64,000 nucleotides of DNA from Tubulanus polymorphus (taxonomy: Eukaryota; Animalia; Nemertea). The stretch lies in assembly GCF_964204645.1 (NCBI RefSeq), contig NC_134025.1, forward strand, positions 10,168,001-10,232,000. The letters are read 5' to 3'. Shown here one piece after another: positions 58,101 through 64,000 of the stretch (within the stretch, counting starts at the first letter, position 1; each line of letters opens with the position of its first letter). Made by a program: the position numbers and the translations under genes. The notes under the pieces were generated by a model. It was not told the origin of the DNA. It did no database searches and worked only from the letters and a program-made list of their open reading frames with translations.

Positions 58101-61100
58101 ACAGCATGTGAATGAGATGTTTTCCGGATGAATAAACTACGCGCTCGCTCATATTGCCGCCGATGAATGGAAAAGTGCGAGCAGAAGAGATTCCTTCCAT
58201 TCTTACGCGCTGACAAAAGGCTATTAATTACTGCTCTTACTGCCGGAAATTGAATATCCTTAGCTATCATCTCAAAATCGTTTTTTTTACCATTTCGAGG
58301 GAATTTGCATTTCTAACATTCAAGCTCGATAAAGGATGGTCATGATGATGAATCCAATGTATACACCGGTGTTACATTTCAACATTCCTACGTTACACCC
58401 GAATTTCATGCGCTCCAAATTTCAGAGAATTGTACATTTGATACCGAGTCGAGAATCGATTAAGCGATTCCTAGAAACAACATTGTAAATTCTTTAATTC
58501 TTTTCGGACTGGCGTAATTTTCTGAAGTACTTTTCCAACTATTTTTTTCGCGCTAGAAGAGGGATGAAGTAATCCGGGTATTTTCGATAGATTTAACCTA
58601 GTTTCTCAGCTGGAAATCGTCAAAATTTTCAAATAAAAGGTGTCCCTAAAGGACTATTGTCACCCTGATAAAAGCCACACGTTTTATAATCATATATATC
58701 TACAATTTCATTACGAGATGTTCGTAATATTCTAAATCTCTTACTACATGAAATACTTAATAATAATCAAAATAATAATAATAATACTTTATTTAGTAAT
58801 ATCATATTAATATTATTATTATTTCGATTATTATTAAGTATTTCATGTAGTAAGAGATATAAAATATTGCGAACATCTTGTTATGAAATTGTAGATATAT
58901 GTTATCATAAAATGTGTGACTTATATCAGGGTGACAGTATTGTAGTTGCCCTAGGAGCTAGTGATTCTATAAGCTACAACGTTGAAACGACCCCGCTTTT
59001 AGCCAAACAATTATCATGAAAATTAAATCATTCATCCGATATTTTCAGAATCTGAGAGCTCACAAAAAGAGCGCTGTGCGCATATAAAATGCCGAGTGGT
59101 ATTTTCTCCGGTTTGTCCCGAAGATTCCTTAGTCCATGGTGGAAACATTCCAGACGGCTCCTGTTGCCCGAGCCCTCCGCGTTGCGTCTGTAAACCCTGT
59201 TTAGAGCAGCACAATTGCACGAATGGTTACGAAAAGATCATCACGAAAAACGGAACGGGTGAATCGGGAAATTGCTGTGATATTAGCGAATGTAGGAAAA
59301 TGGGTGAGTTTAGTATTTGATTTCCACTTCTTTTCAGGTGTACGCCAATACTTGACATGCATTCATTTAAGTAGGGGAATTTCAGAAAAAAATGCTCTTT
59401 CATCTACTGGAAATTGATACTCCAATAGCCTCCAGAGTAACTGGTTTGTTTGTTGAAGAGGGTCTATTCAAAGATAACGTTTCTGAAGAGTAACCGATCA
59501 AAACTAGACAAAAAAGTACACTAATCGGTATTTCTTTCAAACATTTCTGACATTTTCAATGATATTTTTGCATCATATGTTTAGGAGATAAATGCGACCA
59601 TGTGAAGTGCCCCGAAAACGAAGAAACCGAGTGTCCCGCAGACAGCGTCGAATTACCAAACACCGTGTCAGATGATGGGTGCTGCGAAATTGTTCACGGG
59701 TAAATTTACAAAAACTGTATTGTCCAAATGCAAAAATACATGTCTTCAATAATAACAAAAACAGAATAACATCAAACAAGTCTAGGAACTTGTATTCCCC
59801 CAGGCAATGGCATTTGGACCTTTCTTCAAATTACTGTTGAAAATGCATATGTATTCAGTGTTCTCCATATGCTGGAAATTTTTAGAGGACACATTCTTAG
59901 TTAAGTTCATGACATTGTGGCCGCTGAAGTAACAAAGCTTTCGATACCCCAAAAAACACAGTTAATTAAGCTCATTTTGGTGTAAGCTTCTACTTTTTAC
60001 ATAAGCTCAATATATTTTCAAAGCAATTATCAGTATTATTTAGAATATCGATATCCACTCTGGTGGGGACAGAAGATATTTTTAAGGCTGATTTTCAGAG
60101 CTGTGGATGCAAAAATGAAAGGAGTGGCTGCCTAGTTGGCACACCTTTTTGATAGTTAGTTATCTTACAACTAGAATACTATAATGCACAGGGAGACATA
60201 ATATCATCCTTAGGGACTTATATTTGAGCCAGAAGACCATTGGATCAGTCAAAGAGGACTATCTATGTTAACAAATAACACAATGAAAGCTACTAAACTA
60301 GGTATACTTTTTTATACGCAACATCACAGCATTTGAGCGGTGAGCACTTATGATTCGACAGCATGTCATATCTGAGGCAGTAATTTATTTATCCATGTTA
60401 ATTAGTTCATATATATCGACGTTTGCGTACATATACAGCGGTAAATGACACATTTTTTCCTCTTGAGCGTTTAATTTCACATTTCAGCATTCTTGACAGA
60501 ATATTGACCAAATCAAGGAAGTAAAAGTTGAACTGGAAAAGAGCTTTGAAGCATTTCGCTAGCAGTAGAGTACCGGTATCAATATTCTAATGATTATTAC
60601 TGACTGAACTTCTATGCTTGTCTAAGCTTTCTCAAATGAAATTCAGCCGGTGTTTATTCTGTTAACCTGTTCTGATTCAATAACCAGAGATCACCCCGTA
60701 TTGGAAATGCATAATCAAAGGGTTTGCTAAACTACAAGCCGATACCTGGGGTCTATGTGTGTAAATAAAAATATCCTAGGTAAATAAAACATCAACATAA
60801 AACAGAATGTTTTTTACTATAAACATTAAATAAATTGTTCATCAGGAGATGCTTACTTATACATGTACATATTCACGGTCAGTGTCAATTTTCTCAAGAC
60901 CTGGGCCTAATTATCGAGAAGCCAATCAGGGGCCAATTTTTCTGTGAAAAAGGGCATCCAGGACATAGTGTTTCATCACTAATGATAATTCAAGTTAATC
61001 TTTTTTTTCAGTTGTAAATGCGAAAAACAATCAAACTGCGTGGCAGTGATATGCAAGGAGGACGAGTTACGAATCGAGGTAATACCTCCACTGGTAGAAC

Positions 61101-64000
61101 CGGGGCATTGTTGTGGTATCACAGAATGTAGAACCAGTAAGTCGTTCACCTGCTCATTACTCAGTTTTCACGCTACTTTTATCATCTTTATTCTTACTTA
61201 GAACATAAACAGAGTGGAATTTCTCATCATTGTTGTTGTTCTATATCTTCTACAGCACACCTGTAAGTAGAAAAAAAAACACATTTCAAGTCGAGTTAAA
61301 AAAATTTACCAATGAGGCGAGTCTTAACACTGCAACTATTAGAGGATTTTGAAGGTGGTGTAACCTTAACCCTTTTAGTGCTGGTTTATTAATAGCCTAT
61401 AGTGCTGGAGATAATTTGAAAATTTTGAAAAATTCCAACCTAGTGTGTTGAATGACGAGAATACCATTATTACATTAATACACCGCAGTGCGGTGTACTA
61501 GCAAAATTCATCACGGATTTATACACTGCAATGCGGTGTAGACGCACTGAAAGGGTTAAGAGCTTATTTCTTAAAATAATGTAATTTCTACATTGTAGAT
61601 GAGTAATGGTAAGGAATTAAGTTATAACTGGTCAAAAAAACTGAAAGTCAAAGTGAACTTTGATATTCGAAATATAAAAGAAAAATTGTCTAGATAATTC
61701 CAGTTCGTAAATCATACATGACCCTACAACATGAAACCAAAACACCGGCCCATGGACCATGTGATTTTAGATTTGCCGCTGACAAGAAAAATCATTGAAA
61801 TTCTAAAAAAGTATATACATGTTGGTGAGGCAGGCGTTCTTCTTAAATGCATGATGGATGCTCAGTCAACTTGTTCTTAAACTCGCTATCAAGATTATCA
61901 TCTAAATATGTTTTGAGCGAAAGACTTGTTTAGAACGTAGTAAACAACTCCCGAACAGCGAGAAGTCTAGAAGACGATCATCCCATTATTTTTTCACATG
62001 TAACCTGAACTGCAACTTATTCGCGCTAAACTGCTTGATAAGAGGCCATTAGATTTAACGTTTCTCTTTTCGAAGTACAGTAGTACACAACTGTACAAAG
62101 TTCAACTAAATTTCATTAGAATCTAGACACTATAGAGATAATCAATTTCATTCTGATAGGTGTGGAAAGTTTCGTCGTGAGCTAAATCATTTCGATTTAG
62201 TTGTTTAGGCTAGAAAATGATGCCTTGTTTCTTCAATCCTCCGCCTCATTTAGTAAACTGCGATGAAATTTGAGATTAGTTCATTTCTATGACTGTCGGG
62301 TCTGCTACAGTCAGCGTGATCATGATTTTTTAAAAGGTAATGTAGCGGGTAGTTTGGCGGCCGGTCGGGTCAACTTTCAAGCTCAGCAGAAAGGAGAAAC
62401 AAGGTATAAATCTTTTCTAGCCATATCCCATCATCTATATGGCAAAAGCAATCATTCTACCCTAAACCCCGACCTAGGGTCCAGGAGCCCAAAAACGGTT
62501 CGACTCAAATTTCATAGTTTATTATTTCAAATAGACTATTTTCGATAAAGATCACAAATAAAATGTTATTTATGTGAAAATGTCTAATTAGGACCAATAT
62601 GAGCTAGAATTGTAGTCCTGATATGACAAGATCCTGTGGGCCCAGTGGCCCAGTGGCCCAGTTTCAGAGAAGTCCAAGATCAACTTAAATCTCAATCCAG
62701 CAAAATGGACAGCACCAGAAAACTAAAAAAGATGATACCGATGGTAGATGTGAATATGAACCTTATGTTCTCTTTTACAGACATATCAACGAACTGTGAA
62801 CGCGATGGCATCATCATAAACGAAGGAGACAATATCTATACGGATAGATGTACATTATGCACGTGTAAAAACGGAGGATTACGCTGCCAAACTGAATCCT
62901 GTTCGGCCACAAGTTCATCGTGTAGTTGGATGGAAGTACGAAATGACAGCTGTTGCCCAGTATGCAAAGGTGAATAAGTACGCTAAATTTCGTAAGTGAT
63001 TAATCGATAGGAAAGATGCCGTATGTTTAGAAATTTTTCGGTTTGCCTTCTGTTTTAAAAACGCATTCTTTTGTCTCGGGTATAAACTTAGTTGTTCGAT
63101 GTAAACGAAGTTTGTAGGCTCGGCCAATATATAGATGGGTCTATCAGTGTTCTCCACAACAGGTTTCAGAGGCGCGGTCACCCCTTTCATTTTTACATCC
63201 ACCCTCTGAAAATCAGTTACCCCTTATAGAATATCTGCTGTCCCTACAAGAGTGGATGTCAATATTCTATCAATGCTGATAATTATTTTGAAACATATTG
63301 AACTAATTTGAAAAATAGAGTATGGGGATCGAAAGCCTTGCTACTTTCGCAGCCACAATGTCATACACTTAACAATGAATGCAGCCCCTTTAGAATTCCG
63401 GCATATGGAGAGCACTGGTATATAATTTGAAGGCCTCGGAAATTTGAGACTAATAGGATATTTTCATCTCAAATACTGATGGTTTCTTGGTGATAATCTC
63501 GTCCAAAGTCGGGAGTAGTCAGGGGTTGAATAAACCCTCTTACAAGTTACCTGAATGAACTATTTCTGAAAACTATAAGACTGTTTCTGCTATAGGATGT
63601 ACATCGAAATCTGGAAGCACATGGAAAAATGGGGAAACTTGGAAAGAAGATTCCTGCACGACATGTCGCTGTTTGGACGGCGAAGCTTTTTGCCAATCGA
63701 CGTGGTGTTCGGCACAATGCTTGTACCCGAAATGGATCGACGGCGAATGCTGTCCAATTTGTGATGGTATGCATCAGTAAGTAAAATGATTGGCGGAGAA
63801 ACATGTAACCACGACGAACAGTTCTTCTGCCAACGAACATAAATCATTCGCATAGATGAAACGCATGGATTTTTTCATGACAAAAAAATAGATGTTTTCT
63901 ACCATCCCATAAAGAATGAGCCAAGATTGCACGGAATTTTATTTACAGATTTGAGCATTATCAGCGTTCCGGATTTATGTACATCGTTGGACAAGTGTAC
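55107..64000 (+). CDS. CRIM1: CRIM1-like cysteine-rich BMP regulator, 5' portion; gene continues beyond the right edge
   Basis: Exons 55107-55404 (signal peptide + IGFBP domain CxCCxxCA...CGG), 59049-59303, 59585-59699, 61012-61136 (Cys-rich), 62781-62969 and 63596-63766 (two VWC domains, CxxCxC...CCPVC / CCPIC), 63949-64000 (open). The domain order matches CRIM1. Confidence 0.85.
55441..55798. mobile_element. hAT-like MITE family G (CAGGGYGGCCAC termini); related copy 54645-54853
   Basis: cagggcgggccactt...aagtggccgccctg with internal ttccctgac repeats in both copies. Confidence 0.7.
58658..58936. repeat. About 280-bp AT-rich near-perfect palindrome (foldback) in CRIM1 intron 1
   Basis: tgtcaccctgata...tctcttactacatgaaatacttaataataatc mirrors gattattattaagtatttcatgtagtaagaga...tatcagggtgaca. 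Confidence 0.9.

Overview
Gene-dense eukaryotic (animal) genomic DNA with AT-rich GT-AG introns and many MITEs. The gene set and composition suggest an invertebrate, possibly a lophotrochozoan, but this cannot be fixed from the sequence. Exons were reconstructed by hand with consistent phases. The window holds: (1) the 5' part of ATG2 on the minus strand (ATG 25443, running off the left edge), whose two largest introns host three opposite-strand genes: two intronless UDP-glycosyltransferases and an LRR-FN3 single-pass receptor; (2) DESI2/PPPDE1 (-); (3) BCKDHA (+); (4) APMAP (-); (5) GNPAT (+); (6) the 5' part of a CRIM1-like gene (+, running off the right edge). The ORF track misses an intact selenocysteine tRNA gene (anticodon UCA, 52107-52193, - strand) with an upstream TATA box, lying antisense inside GNPAT intron 11. 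Other notable points are a gene-conversion-like mosaic in the UGT pair, an Asp-to-Asn change in one UGT catalytic dyad, a CRE/E-box/forkhead motif cluster at the ATG2 promoter, a candidate structured RNA in BCKDHA intron 1, and several candidate micro- or cassette exons. No wholly new multi-gene system can be demonstrated from the sequence alone.
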